64,000 nucleotides of DNA, from positions 1 through 64,000 of IMG/VR virus record IMGVR_UViG_3300036770_003326; one strand, written 5' to 3'. Within the stretch, counting starts at the first letter, position 1. Each line of letters begins with the position of its first letter. The position numbers and the translations under genes were made by a program. Origin of the DNA: a virus. The notes beneath the pieces were generated by a model that had not been told where the DNA came from, searched no databases, and saw nothing but the letters and a program-made list of their open reading frames with translations. This document shows positions 10,967-21,980 of this stretch, piece after piece.

Positions 10967-13900
10967 TTAATATGTTTGAATATTAGACGCTTTAAAACTA
11001 GATAAATAACCTCCGTTAGCTTTTTGATTATTTATTTTTCTCTCTTGTGCTAGCATTTCTTTAGTAGGTTTTTTCCCTGAGCCTGCATTAGCTCGAATAT
11101 TATCCCAAAGACCTCTTTTAGAATAACTTCCGTCTGCACGTTTAATCATACCTCCATTTGCATAAGTTCCATGTTGAAATACATCATACATAGAATAATC
11201 TATTTTGCCTCCATTTGAGTATGTATTTGGATTTTCTCTATGCCATTTTTTAGTAGCAGCAACGCCTTGTGATACAGTTTTAGAATTTGCTTTATCAGTA
11301 AGATTTATTGTATCCCATTGTCCTTTATCTTCTTTAGGATGATTAACTATTATATCACCTTCTGCATTTTTATATACTCTATGATATTCTCCTCCTGCGG
11401 TAATAAATTTTCCTCCATTGCCATAATATCTACCTAAGCTAGATGCATACATACTAGGAATTAATCCTTGGCGCTCATATAAATTACTGCCATACTTAAA
11501 CTGTCTTCCTAACATTAGATTACCGTAATTTTCAGAATCTTGTAAAAGTTGATTATACTGATCGTATTCTTGTAAATATCTTTCAGCATCTCTTTGCATT
11601 TTTTTAGAAGCAAATCCTCCTTCAAAATTTATAGGTCTATTTTCTAGTGAAGCTTTTTCATATTCTCCAGGTTCCTCATCAGTGCCGTAATAGTAATCTG
11701 GATCGTAATCTGTTTGTTGCTGTACTCTTGCTGCAATAGGATTAATAAATTGATTTTGATTCCATCCACTTATATAAGGTAATCTAAGACCTCCAGATGT
11801 TTGGTAATTACTAGCGCCTTTTCCCATAAATGGAACTACTCTAGATTTAAATTTAGGAGTAGGTAAACCTGACATATAATACTCTTCATCAGGTACAAAT
11901 GATGGAGGATTTAATTCAGGACCCATAGAAGGCATTTCTTCTAATTGAGATATAGGTTCTTTTAATAAATCTATGCTAGATTTAGCAGGTATTGCTAAAT
12001 TTTCTCTCATAGCTAATATTGCAGGATCTATTACAGGTGCTTGAACTTGAGGTGTTACTGCTGCTTGATTTATTGGAGCTGTAGTATTTACTCCTATAGG
12101 TTGTAATGTAGGAGAAACATTATAAGTTTGGTTTAGTTCTTGTAATTTTTCAGGAGTTACTTTTTTTAATCTTTTATCTAAAGACTTAGCCATTTGATTT
12201 ACTTTTCTAGCATAAGTAGGTTCTCCTCCTGCGTAACCTGCTTTAGAAACAGCTGCTAAATATTCTTGAGTATTTTTAGCGTTAAATACTCCAGCTTTTC
12301 TATATCTAGGATTATCTAGTAAAAAATCTATTTGTGCTTCAAGTCCTTGCTCAGGTGTATCGTATGCTCGCCATAAAAACTTTTTACCTGTAGCTTTGTT
12401 AACCATAGATACAGTTTTTCCTCCTCTATCTATAAATCCTTGAGTAGCTCGTAAACCACCAAAGTTATTATATTTAGCAGTTAATCCTGATTTAGCATTT
12501 CCTGATTCTAATAATATTTGTGCTACTACTCCTCTAAGATCTAAGTTTTCTCCTGGTTTTATTTTACCTTCAGCTTTTTTTCTTTCTATAATATTAGCAA
12601 CAGTATTATACAATAAAGCACTTACTTCATTTGTATTTAGATTTTTTAAACTAGGTAATACTGGATTATCTGGTGGACCGTCTAACATTCCTCCTGAAGC
12701 AAAAGGTAATGCTGTAGTATCTCTATAAATAGGAGTGCCTTTAAAATTATAGTAAGTAGGAATATTAGGTGCTAAACTTCCGCCTGATTTATAAGTTTTA
12801 TTTAATTGTTGGTTCGCTAAAAATCCTCCTCCAATTACTCCTGGAATTGTTAAAGGAATTCTACCTGCCATTTTTGCTAAAAATGATGGACTCCAATTTT
12901 CTATTAATTGTTGTGTTTCTGTAGAATAAGGTCTTATAATTTGCTCTACTTTATCTACATCTTTATTAAATGTTTTAGATAATAATTTTAAATCTTCTGA
13001 AGATGCTCCTAGTTTTTCCATTCTTTTTCTAACATCTCTCATTTCCCTTATCATGTTTTTCTGTGTGTCTTTTAATCTAAATGCACTTGATTTTTTTATA
13101 TCTTCAGCACTAATAGGTCTTTGAAAATAATCAGCAATTCCTTCTGTTTTTAAATCTTCTTTTAATTGTTTTAATCTAACTTCAAATTCTGAAGGATCTG
13201 CAAAATAATCCATATTATCCGCTTCATAAAATGGATTATCATATTGAGTAGAATTTTGTTGTAAGTATTTTTTAGTTAAAAAATCAGGCAATAATTCATT
13301 ATCATTAGTTCTTTGATGGCCTAATTCGTGCCAAGTAGCTCCTGTGTCTGAAACAATTGATGTCCCTCCTCTACCTGAATACATTTGCGGATTAGTGTTA
13401 GCATTAACTACTCTTTCTGCAAAACTAGGAGTATATCCAGCAGGGTAATTTACACCACTACTATTTTTACTAAAATAAACACCCGCTGCATTTTTTTCAC
13501 CTATTTCTCCTACAGTTAGTTCTTTTTGTAAATTCTCTAAAGTAGTTGCTTTATAAGTTTCTATATCTACATCAGGATAATGTTCTTTCATTATTCTTTT
13601 AAATTCAGGACTATCATAATAAGCTTTTAAGTTTTCTACATACTCTTCTTGTAAAGTTTTTCCTGTATTATTATTTAAAGGAATTTTTTTATTACCTATA
13701 GTTGCTATTTGTATATTAGGATTGGAAACTGTACTATGATTATTTATAAGATAAGAAGCTCGTTCATTAGAGTTTATTGGATTAATTTTTGAATTTGTAG
13801 AAATTTGTTTATATCCTTTTAACCAGTGAGGAGTATTAAATGCTTTATCTTCTTGTACAAGCTGTTGCCAATCTTTTGTACCAAATATTTCAGACTCATT

Positions 13901-15967
13901 AATCTTATTTCTTGGTACAATAAATTCTGTATCATAATTTAAACTAGCTTTTTGAGCTTCTGGAAAATTTTTAAGGTTATATGATAAACCTTCTTCTTTA
14001 GGTACTTTTAATCTTAAAATGTTACCTTCATCTCCGTCCAATCTATCTTTCATATAAAAATCCATTCTTTCAGGATTTTTATCAAACCATTGACCATGAT
14101 ATTCATCAAGTGCTTTTCTAAACGGTTCAGGTTGATACTTTATTTTATTTAGTTTTCCTTGTAAATAAAATGGTACTTTTTCTCCTTTTAATATTTTATC
14201 TGTTATTAAATCTTTTAACTGTTGCTCTTCTGTATAACCAGCAACAAAATCTTTAGGTTGAGTTCTGTAAAGAAACATTTCAGGATTTTCTTTTAAAGCA
14301 AAAGGATTTATTTTATAAAGATTTTGTAAAGGAGTTTGTGTTGTAAGATAATTACTTAAATTATTAAGTCCTGTATTTTCAGCATTTATAGGTTTAATAA
14401 TTATATTATCTAGTCCATTTTGTTTAACTTTACCTATTACTTTAAATCCATTAGGAACATTTCCTATTAATTCTTTTTCTGTTACTGCATTTTTATTTAA
14501 GCCGAATTCAGGATCCCAAATAAATTGAGATCTTTTATCATAATAAGGCATACCTGCAAATTCACTTCCTAAATTTTTAGTATATCTTCTTGGAATAACT
14601 AATCTTGTTTTTCCTTTAAAATGTGAACCTATTTTAGGAATACCTGCACTCCATGTTCTAATGCTTTTATCAGTAGGTGTATTGAATATTTCTCCTCTTT
14701 TTAAATTTTGAATAGCTGTATTTTCGGCACTATTAGGAGCATAATAACCAATTACTCTACTAATAGGAAAATTACCTTGACTAAAATCTGTAACACCTGA
14801 TTTTCTTAATTCTTCTAATTGTTGCCATTCTTTAGGTGTAAGGTCTTTCATACCTTTACCGTATTTATCTAACAATTTAATTTGATCGTCTGTATAATTT
14901 TTTACTATATAATCAGAAGATTTTGGAGATATTATAGGTTTTTCTAATTTCCAAACTGGTACACCAAAATCTGTTAAAAGAGAATTTCCTGTAGCTACAT
15001 CTTCGTATAAATTACCAATAGCTCTTGGAGTGTTTGCTATTCCTTGTCCTGCTTTAAGTAACATATTTCCCATTCCAGGAGATGTAAGAACTCCAAGAGC
15101 ATCCATAGTTACGTTACCTGTAGCATCAAGTATATTTTTAGTAGTAGGGTTTTGATAAGCTCTACTTATGCTTTGTCTGCTTGCTGAATTAGGATCTGCT
15201 AAATTAGCTGCACTGTGGGCTCCAAATCCTAATCCTATTGTATTAATAGGATTTATGAGAGGAAAAGCTTTACTACCTATTGTAAGTGGTGCTGTAAGAT
15301 ATGGCGGAATAGTATTAGCTGCAAGTGTCATTACTTCTGGAAGTACAGCTGCTCCCCCTCCAAGTAAAGGAGCTGCCATTGCAAGTTTATTTACTTTTGA
15401 AACAAAATCAGGGACATCTTCCATCCAATTTTCTCTTGTTTCTTTAGCAGAATAAGTAGCGCCAGGGCCGTAACCGTATTGAGTATTAGGGTCTACTAAA
15501 GATCCATAATTAGCATAATAATCTCTAAGACTATTATCATATGCGTTGTTTTCTATTTTTAATTTTCGCATGGCAGCTAAACCTGCTGGCGTTATTACAT
15601 CAGAAACTGTTTTATTATTCCACTCATCTGGATATGCTGTTCTTAAATCTGCTAAAGCTCTATTTGCTGATGCAAATTGATCAGTAACATTTTTATAAGA
15701 TTCATTTAGTTTATTGATTTTAGCTTGTAGTTCTTCTGTAGAACTCATTCCTCCTTGATAGTCTTGAAACCCAAATTGTGCTTGATCGTCAGCTTTTAGA
15801 CCGTAGTCGCTTATAAGATTATTATAATCTTGTTGTGTCTGAGCTAGTTGTTTTCTTAATTCTTTTTGTTTTTCCCAATTAGCTCTAGAAGCTGTAAGAT
15901 TTATTTGAGGTAGTTCGCCACTATCTTTTATATCTCCACCATTAGGATATTTTCTAAGAGGTCTCAT
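10967..15967 (-). CDS. Polyvalent virion protein: putative ART-like domains, HExxH metallopeptidase-like domain, GH73 domain
   Basis: 1666 aa; WHELGH motif; AQILLESGNAKS...NNFGGLRA...AGYAGGE GH73 domain paralogous to the adjacent gene; R...S/W...E patterns. Confidence 0.7.
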   Translation of the reverse strand: MRPLRKYPNGGDIKDSGELPQINLTASRANWEKQKELRKQLAQTQQDYNNLISDYGLKADDQAQFGFQDYQGGMSSTEELQAKINKLNESYKNVTDQFASANRALADLRTAYPDEWNNKTVSDVITPAGLAAMRKLKIENNAYDNSLRDYYANYGSLVDPNTQYGYGPGATYSAKETRENWMEDVPDFVSKVNKLAMAAPLLGGGAAVLPEVMTLAANTIPPYLTAPLTIGSKAFPLINPINTIGLGFGAHSAANLADPNSASRQSISRAYQNPTTKNILDATGNVTMDALGVLTSPGMGNMLLKAGQGIANTPRAIGNLYEDVATGNSLLTDFGVPVWKLEKPIISPKSSDYIVKNYTDDQIKLLDKYGKGMKDLTPKEWQQLEELRKSGVTDFSQGNFPISRVIGYYAPNSAENTAIQNLKRGEIFNTPTDKSIRTWSAGIPKIGSHFKGKTRLVIPRRYTKNLGSEFAGMPYYDKRSQFIWDPEFGLNKNAVTEKELIGNVPNGFKVIGKVKQNGLDNIIIKPINAENTGLNNLSNYLTTQTPLQNLYKINPFALKENPEMFLYRTQPKDFVAGYTEEQQLKDLITDKILKGEKVPFYLQGKLNKIKYQPEPFRKALDEYHGQWFDKNPERMDFYMKDRLDGDEGNILRLKVPKEEGLSYNLKNFPEAQKASLNYDTEFIVPRNKINESEIFGTKDWQQLVQEDKAFNTPHWLKGYKQISTNSKINPINSNERASYLINNHSTVSNPNIQIATIGNKKIPLNNNTGKTLQEEYVENLKAYYDSPEFKRIMKEHYPDVDIETYKATTLENLQKELTVGEIGEKNAAGVYFSKNSSGVNYPAGYTPSFAERVVNANTNPQMYSGRGGTSIVSDTGATWHELGHQRTNDNELLPDFLTKKYLQQNSTQYDNPFYEADNMDYFADPSEFEVRLKQLKEDLKTEGIADYFQRPISAEDIKKSSAFRLKDTQKNMIREMRDVRKRMEKLGASSEDLKLLSKTFNKDVDKVEQIIRPYSTETQQLIENWSPSFLAKMAGRIPLTIPGVIGGGFLANQQLNKTYKSGGSLAPNIPTYYNFKGTPIYRDTTALPFASGGMLDGPPDNPVLPSLKNLNTNEVSALLYNTVANIIERKKAEGKIKPGENLDLRGVVAQILLESGNAKSGLTAKYNNFGGLRATQGFIDRGGKTVSMVNKATGKKFLWRAYDTPEQGLEAQIDFLLDNPRYRKAGVFNAKNTQEYLAAVSKAGYAGGEPTYARKVNQMAKSLDKRLKKVTPEKLQELNQTYNVSPTLQPIGVNTTAPINQAAVTPQVQAPVIDPAILAMRENLAIPAKSSIDLLKEPISQLEEMPSMGPELNPPSFVPDEEYYMSGLPTPKFKSRVVPFMGKGASNYQTSGGLRLPYISGWNQNQFINPIAARVQQQTDYDPDYYYGTDEEPGEYEKASLENRPINFEGGFASKKMQRDAERYLQEYDQYNQLLQDSENYGNLMLGRQFKYGSNLYERQGLIPSMYASSLGRYYGNGGKFITAGGEYHRVYKNAEGDIIVNHPKEDKGQWDTINLTDKANSKTVSQGVAATKKWHRENPNTYSNGGKIDYSMYDVFQHGTYANGGMIKRADGSYSKRGLWDNIRANAGSGKKPTKEMLAQERKINNQKANGGYLSSFKASNIQTY

Positions 15968-15969
15968 AT

Positions 15970-18900
15970 TTAAAAAATTTGATAATCAAAATAAGAAATT
16001 AATCTATTCATAATTAATTCTTTATTCTCAGTATTGTCAAAATATAAAGTTACAATAAAATAAGAACTACGCAATCTTGCTCTATTATTATTTATATCTC
16101 TTGGAATTTTTACTCTCCACTTATCAAATCTTCTTTTTATTCTACCTGAACTATAAAGTATTTTTCCTGTATCTTGATATTCATTTTGAATTCTAAATGC
16201 AGTAATAGTCTTTGTTCTATCTATTAGTTTATTATCATCTCTAACTATACTATTAAATTCTATAGTTCTTAAAATTTTATTAATATCTGCTTGTTCATTA
16301 ATTACTAAACTTAAAGAACATTCTGTAATATTTCCGTAAAATTCTCCATAATTACCTATGTTATGAATATATACAGAACTGTTAGCTTCTGATAAATTTG
16401 GACTTAGTAAAGTATCTGCATTGTCTATCCAAATTTTAGGAGTTTGTGATAATCTACAAGAAAAGCTAGTAGTAATCTCGTCAAATACTATGGATGTGTC
16501 TTGTATTTTATTTAAGTTTTCTAAAGTCTCACTAACTGCAAGAATTTCATCAATAACTGCTGGTTTGGATCCTCCTGTAGTAATTTCTTCTTGTACTACT
16601 ACATAATAATTAATTTCTGCATTTATTACTACAATGTCCCCAGGGTAATAAGTAGTATTAGTATTAGGAATTAATACTATTCCTGAGCCAAGAAAAGTAA
16701 AGATAACTTCATCGTTTATTACATCTTTTCCTATATGTACGCCTTTGTTTAGTATTGGATTATCTCCTGTTTTTTCTTTTCTATAAAAACATGCATCTCC
16801 AATAACTTGTAAAAATGAATGCATTCCCTTTATTTCTGATAAAGGTGCATTTTGCGCTTCTCCTTTTGTAGTTGTTCCTATAAGAAATATTTTTCTGTGA
16901 AGACCGTCAAAAAAGTAAATACCTGAATCAGTAGATTTTACTGCCCATTGGTGTATGCTTCCATTTTCTTTAGAGTAATATTGGTGCTTACCAAATCCTT
17001 GACCTTGTCCTAATTGTGTAGGTACTCCATCTAAACTTGTAGTAACAGCGGCTCTATTAATAGCGTATACTCCAACTGCTCTATCTTGAAAAAAGAATAC
17101 ATTATCTTTATAGTTAATAATTTTATTAATAGGACCAAAATCATCTATATCGTAAAAATTATTAAGTGCAAACTTTGTCCAAGAATCTATTGTCTCATTA
17201 TTAGTTTTAACATCTGATAGATAAGTTCTAACGTCGTTAACTATACAAACATTATTTTGATTTATTGGCTCTACTGCAAAACTTACTTGTATATTTTCTC
17301 TAGAGTTTACTAGATTATATCCATACATATCTGGAACTAAACCACTAAAAGTAAAAGTATTATTGTTTTCTTGTCTAAAATAACTTTGCTCTTCTGTAGT
17401 AGATCCATTAATAACAGTGTATTTTACTTCTCTTTTTATTGTAGACCCGTAATCTAACTCGGTATTCACAGTAGTTTCTAATACTCTTAAATCAGTGCCC
17501 GACTGCATGTAGTTATATTTTCCAGGAGCAATACCACCACCTGTTCCATAAAAAGCTCCAAATTCTGTCATGCTTACTTGTATAGTAGGCATAGTAATAA
17601 ATATATCTCCTCCAAATACAATAGGATTTAAATCATTTGTAGATATTATTGGAGAAGCTATTATAAATACATTAGATTCTAAAGCATCTTGATTAAATCC
17701 TCCATAAATTTCTGATTTAGGAATTAATAAATCAATAATAGGAACAGCTTCATCAGTATTTACTGTCAAAGGACTTATGCTATTAGGGTAAGTAGTATTG
17801 CCATTTATTATAAAATAATCAGCTGGAGAATAAGTAGTTAAACTAGTATTATCTAAAGGATCTACATCTATTTTTTCTATTAACATAGAAAGATTAGATC
17901 CTCCTCTGGAAATTAAAGGACTTTGGTCATCTATTCCTGAATTACCTGGATTTCCTAAAGTTCCTGTTTGCGTAAATACAAAATAATTTCTTAAATAATT
18001 TGGATCTGTTGCAGGCGGTACTACTCCTACTACACCTACTTTTGATTCTATAGTAGAATCATCAGGCATATTAAAATATATAGATTTTTTAATTTTTTTA
18101 ATATTTTCTACACTATTAAAACTAACAGGTTCTACTGTTCTATGTTTATACCTATAATCTTTTAAATAATTTCCTAAATCTAATGCAGCATTAGGAATAT
18201 GATCAGAAGTGTCTATTATAAAATCTTGGTTATCAGTAACTCTAGTATGTACGCCTGTCATTAATAAACAAGGTGAGTTTCCTAAATTTATTCCTGTGTC
18301 TATTATATTATTTAGTTTGTATGATATTTCAGGGCTGTAAAATGCTAAATGTTGAGATCTAATTCTAGTAAAAGGTGCTGCTCCTGGCCAAGTAGCGCTA
18401 GTACCAAATTCTCTTAAATTATTAGGAGTATCTTGTTCATCACACATCCAAAATAAAGTATCAATATTATTTCCTGTACTAGTAGCAGCATTAGCTACAA
18501 AAGGAGGAATTAAATGTAAAACATTTTCGCTAGTACCTGCTCTAAAATCAAAATCATTTCCTGTAGGAGCATCTATATCTTGATAATAATAAGATTTTAA
18601 AAATCCTTGACACAATCTGCGCTTATCTACATCTGTTCTTTGTACTCTTACTATTTGATAACCTGTTATTTTATTTTGTAAGTTAGGACAAGTGCTTAAA
18701 TCTATTGTAAATTCTATACCTAGGTTATATCCAATAGTTATATTAGGATTACTAGGATCTTGTTGAGATAATATAAAATAAGGAGTTCCTGAAATATTAT
18801 TAGCTCCGTCAGGTTCAGAAATATCTGGAAACTTAATATCTCCAATATATTCTACAAAAGTTGCTTCACCTTTTAAAGTATAAAATATTATTCCAAATCT

Positions 18901-20364
18901 ATAAGTTTCGCCTCTTTTATAGCCTCGCAACAATCCTGATATAAAAGGAGAAGTATTACTAGGAAAAGAATTATTAGTATAAACTCCGTATCCGTCGTTT
19001 AGATCATGATTATCATAAGTTTGTAAAACAGGAGATATATTATTAAATCCAGCTTGAGTATCTCCATCTAGACTCATAGGTTCTAAATGAAATTTATAAC
19101 TTATATTTAAACCTACTCCACCTAAAGTAACTCCATCAGTTTGATATTTATACTGCATATTGTTATGCCAATCTTCATCCCAATGAGCATCTAAATTATA
19201 TTCAGTATTAAAAGATCCTGAAGCAGGTGCGCTGGTACCGTCATTTAAATATCTTAAAGTACTAGCATCAAAACTTTCTCCTGGCTCTAATAAATCTGCA
19301 AGTCTTACTTGAGATCCTTTAATATTAGCTGCAACTAGAGTACTATCTTTGTGAGTAATAGTTTTAGGAGTCTTAAAAGCAATATTTTTTACTGTAAAAT
19401 CAAAAAGTTCTACAGTAGTTAGTGAACCTTCATTTCCCGTATAAGTAAATGAAATACTTGTGTTACTTCCTATGTTTTGAGTTTCTACTGACTGTGCTAA
19501 TGGTACTGCAGTTCCTGTTTCAAAATATAGTACTAAAAATTCTATTTTATCAAAAATATCATAACCAGTAGTATCTACTTCAAAAGTTAATGATTTGCCT
19601 GTATTAATTGCCGTAGGCTCTCCTACATATTGAGCAGATTGTGTTAAACTTTCACTAGAACTTACTACATGAACTAAATTACTAGGAGGAGATACTAAAG
19701 TTTCTTTTCCATCAAAAGTAATTAGTCTATAAGCTGCTTGATATTCTCCTGCTTTTAATGACCCACCTCCTGCTACAACTTTTAACAAAGGTTGTCTAAA
19801 TTCTACATTAGGATAATTATCTATTAATCCTACAGGTGTAGAGTCTAAATTAGCATCTTCTAAATTTATTGCTCGAAAAAAGTTATTATAATCTGTCCAA
19901 TAAACTCTTTGAATACAATCAGATTCATAACGACCTAAAGCTTCTATTGGCCAATCTTTTTTAAAATTAAATGCACTAGAATAATATTTTAATATAGGGA
20001 ATCCTGGAAGAATTATTCTAGTTGCAGGATCATATTGAACATCATAAATCCATCCTTTAGCTCCTGAATTGTCTGCTACAAATATTATAATTCGATTTCT
20101 AATAGTAGTATAGCCGATGATTTCTGGAGTATCTGCTGTCCACGGAACTGGGGGCCCTGATGGATTTTTTGGGTTTGTAAATACACCACTATTAGGAATT
20201 GTAAAAGACTCTACGTTACCTTTTATATTAGTAAAAGCTCCCGTAGATTCTCCATTGACTGTAGAAATTCTAATATCTAAAGCGTCTATATAAAGATTTT
20301 CTGGCAATGTATCATATGCCACATCTTTATTCATTCCTGTGTAAGTATTTACTCTTGCTTGCAT
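15970..20364 (-). CDS. Tail stabilisation protein (P22 gp10-like / muzzle)
   Basis: 1464 aa beta-rich; N-terminal GMNKD, GYKRGETYRFGIIFY motif and C-terminal RRFDKWR...RLRSSY as recalled for crAss tail stabilisation proteins. Confidence 0.8.
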   Translation of the reverse strand: MQARVNTYTGMNKDVAYDTLPENLYIDALDIRISTVNGESTGAFTNIKGNVESFTIPNSGVFTNPKNPSGPPVPWTADTPEIIGYTTIRNRIIIFVADNSGAKGWIYDVQYDPATRIILPGFPILKYYSSAFNFKKDWPIEALGRYESDCIQRVYWTDYNNFFRAINLEDANLDSTPVGLIDNYPNVEFRQPLLKVVAGGGSLKAGEYQAAYRLITFDGKETLVSPPSNLVHVVSSSESLTQSAQYVGEPTAINTGKSLTFEVDTTGYDIFDKIEFLVLYFETGTAVPLAQSVETQNIGSNTSISFTYTGNEGSLTTVELFDFTVKNIAFKTPKTITHKDSTLVAANIKGSQVRLADLLEPGESFDASTLRYLNDGTSAPASGSFNTEYNLDAHWDEDWHNNMQYKYQTDGVTLGGVGLNISYKFHLEPMSLDGDTQAGFNNISPVLQTYDNHDLNDGYGVYTNNSFPSNTSPFISGLLRGYKRGETYRFGIIFYTLKGEATFVEYIGDIKFPDISEPDGANNISGTPYFILSQQDPSNPNITIGYNLGIEFTIDLSTCPNLQNKITGYQIVRVQRTDVDKRRLCQGFLKSYYYQDIDAPTGNDFDFRAGTSENVLHLIPPFVANAATSTGNNIDTLFWMCDEQDTPNNLREFGTSATWPGAAPFTRIRSQHLAFYSPEISYKLNNIIDTGINLGNSPCLLMTGVHTRVTDNQDFIIDTSDHIPNAALDLGNYLKDYRYKHRTVEPVSFNSVENIKKIKKSIYFNMPDDSTIESKVGVVGVVPPATDPNYLRNYFVFTQTGTLGNPGNSGIDDQSPLISRGGSNLSMLIEKIDVDPLDNTSLTTYSPADYFIINGNTTYPNSISPLTVNTDEAVPIIDLLIPKSEIYGGFNQDALESNVFIIASPIISTNDLNPIVFGGDIFITMPTIQVSMTEFGAFYGTGGGIAPGKYNYMQSGTDLRVLETTVNTELDYGSTIKREVKYTVINGSTTEEQSYFRQENNNTFTFSGLVPDMYGYNLVNSRENIQVSFAVEPINQNNVCIVNDVRTYLSDVKTNNETIDSWTKFALNNFYDIDDFGPINKIINYKDNVFFFQDRAVGVYAINRAAVTTSLDGVPTQLGQGQGFGKHQYYSKENGSIHQWAVKSTDSGIYFFDGLHRKIFLIGTTTKGEAQNAPLSEIKGMHSFLQVIGDACFYRKEKTGDNPILNKGVHIGKDVINDEVIFTFLGSGIVLIPNTNTTYYPGDIVVINAEINYYVVVQEEITTGGSKPAVIDEILAVSETLENLNKIQDTSIVFDEITTSFSCRLSQTPKIWIDNADTLLSPNLSEANSSVYIHNIGNYGEFYGNITECSLSLVINEQADINKILRTIEFNSIVRDDNKLIDRTKTITAFRIQNEYQDTGKILYSSGRIKRRFDKWRVKIPRDINNNRARLRSSYFIVTLYFDNTENKELIMNRLISYFDYQIF

Positions 20365-20366
20365 AA

Positions 20367-21191
20367 TTAAGATGTAGCTGGATTAGGTCCTTGTACAGAA
20401 GCTGCTAATACATTTACTGATGATACTAAAGATACTCCTGCTTTAGGCCTAAACTTACGTTGTTCAGGTAACTGCATATTTGCAAAGAAACTAGCATGTG
20501 CTTGTATATCAGGAATAGTACGTACAACTGAATTTTTAACTGATTCTGCTTCATCTACACCATTCCATTGTTTAGCATGATTAACCGCTTGAGCAAAATA
20601 CCAATCTCTATCTCTTTCTATTAATTGAAATAAGTCAGGACGCATTTGATTTTGGTATAATAACTTTCTTGCTATTTTATGTGCTATATAATGTGCTCCT
20701 GCTTCCATCCACTGTTGTTCTGCTGGAATTACAGGATACCCACAATCATCAGTAGGAATAGCTATATAACTCATCATTACTACGCCTGTATTAAAACTTG
20801 GAAAAATATAATTGTTTTCTACAGTATAAGTTTCTCTAGATTCTGAAGTATAATCTCTATCGTCTATATGATATCTTTTATGAAAATGATCAGTTGCCCA
20901 TCTCATTGGAAAAGGTCTACCATGACCGCATTCTGCTTCTTCTAAAGTTTGTACTCCTTCAAGATGAGCTGTTTGTTCTATTTTATGTAAATCAAAAGGC
21001 AAATCTCCTCTACCGTCACATATTTGAATATATGCAATATTGTTAGTCATTACTACTCCTACATTAGTATGAGCCATAAATTCTGCTAGCCATTCAAGTC
21101 CTTCTTCGTCTTTAATATCATAATTAAATCCAAAGTCTCGAATGACTTTATCTACAACAGCTTTATATGAAACGGTTTTTCCTGCAAACAT
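20367..21191 (-). CDS. Tail tubular / ring protein (P22 gp4-like)
   Basis: 274 aa; YIAIPTDDCGYPVIP motif; position next to tail stabilisation gene. Confidence 0.7.
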   Translation of the reverse strand: MFAGKTVSYKAVVDKVIRDFGFNYDIKDEEGLEWLAEFMAHTNVGVVMTNNIAYIQICDGRGDLPFDLHKIEQTAHLEGVQTLEEAECGHGRPFPMRWATDHFHKRYHIDDRDYTSESRETYTVENNYIFPSFNTGVVMMSYIAIPTDDCGYPVIPAEQQWMEAGAHYIAHKIARKLLYQNQMRPDLFQLIERDRDWYFAQAVNHAKQWNGVDEAESVKNSVVRTIPDIQAHASFFANMQLPEQRKFRPKAGVSLVSSVNVLAASVQGPNPATS

Positions 21192-21466
21192 TAGTCTAAG
21201 TTTTTAAGCAATGCTTCTAAACGATCAGCAATACCTTCTGAAGATTTGTCCATAGTAGGATCTGTAGTACTAACAGATTTTTCTGTTTTCCACTCCCACT
21301 CTCCTTTATCATTTTTGCATCGACATTCTTTAGTTATGATGTATCCTCCTTCAACTTGCTCTACACGAGTTTCTTCTGAAGAACCATCTTCAAATTCTTT
21401 ACGAGTAATTTTAACAGTAGACTCTACTGACTTTCCGTTACTTAATTTTTCTACCATTTCATCCAT
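21191..21466 (-). CDS. Hypothetical protein
   Basis: Likely start MDEMVEK at 21466, overlapping the upstream stop; 91 aa. Confidence 0.6.
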   Translation of the reverse strand: MDEMVEKLSNGKSVESTVKITRKEFEDGSSEETRVEQVEGGYIITKECRCKNDKGEWEWKTEKSVSTTDPTMDKSSEGIADRLEALLKNLD

Positions 21467-21980
21467 AATAAAAAGTTTTTCTGTTTGGGTCTTTAACAAC
21501 TTTAGCAATTAATCTAGAATATTGTCTAGAAGCACTAAAGTTATAAAAACTTTTATATTTTACATTAGCCGTACTGTTATCCCAATAATGCTCATAAAAC
21601 TCACCATTACTGTGCTCGTTGTCATGATAGATTAAAGGTTTATCAGTAATCTTTTTTAATTCTTCTTTTGTCAATCCTGGATATTTTGTATTCCAGTAAT
21701 CTATAGTAGCCTTCCAGTTTACTCTAATACTTTTAGCACGTTTGCCATGTTTATTAAAGTAATGTAGTTCTTTAGTTCTTATTCTAATTTTTCCTAATTT
21801 GTTTAGTCTAAGCTCTAATCCTTTTTCTACTATTTCTTTGCTATAATTATCTAATAATTCTTTTAAAAACTTATTATATATATTTTGTGATATAATTGGT
21901 TCTTTTGAATTCTTTACATAATAATTATAAAAATCTTTTTTTCTTAATTCTCCTGTTGTTTTTCCTTTTCCTCTATTCAT
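21459..21980 (-). CDS. IHF/HU-like basic protein of the crAss structural module
   Basis: 173 aa, basic, LELRLNKLGKIRIR IHF-like segment; conserved position. Confidence 0.6.
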   Translation of the reverse strand: MNRGKGKTTGELRKKDFYNYYVKNSKEPIISQNIYNKFLKELLDNYSKEIVEKGLELRLNKLGKIRIRTKELHYFNKHGKRAKSIRVNWKATIDYWNTKYPGLTKEELKKITDKPLIYHDNEHSNGEFYEHYWDNSTANVKYKSFYNFSASRQYSRLIAKVVKDPNRKTFYYG

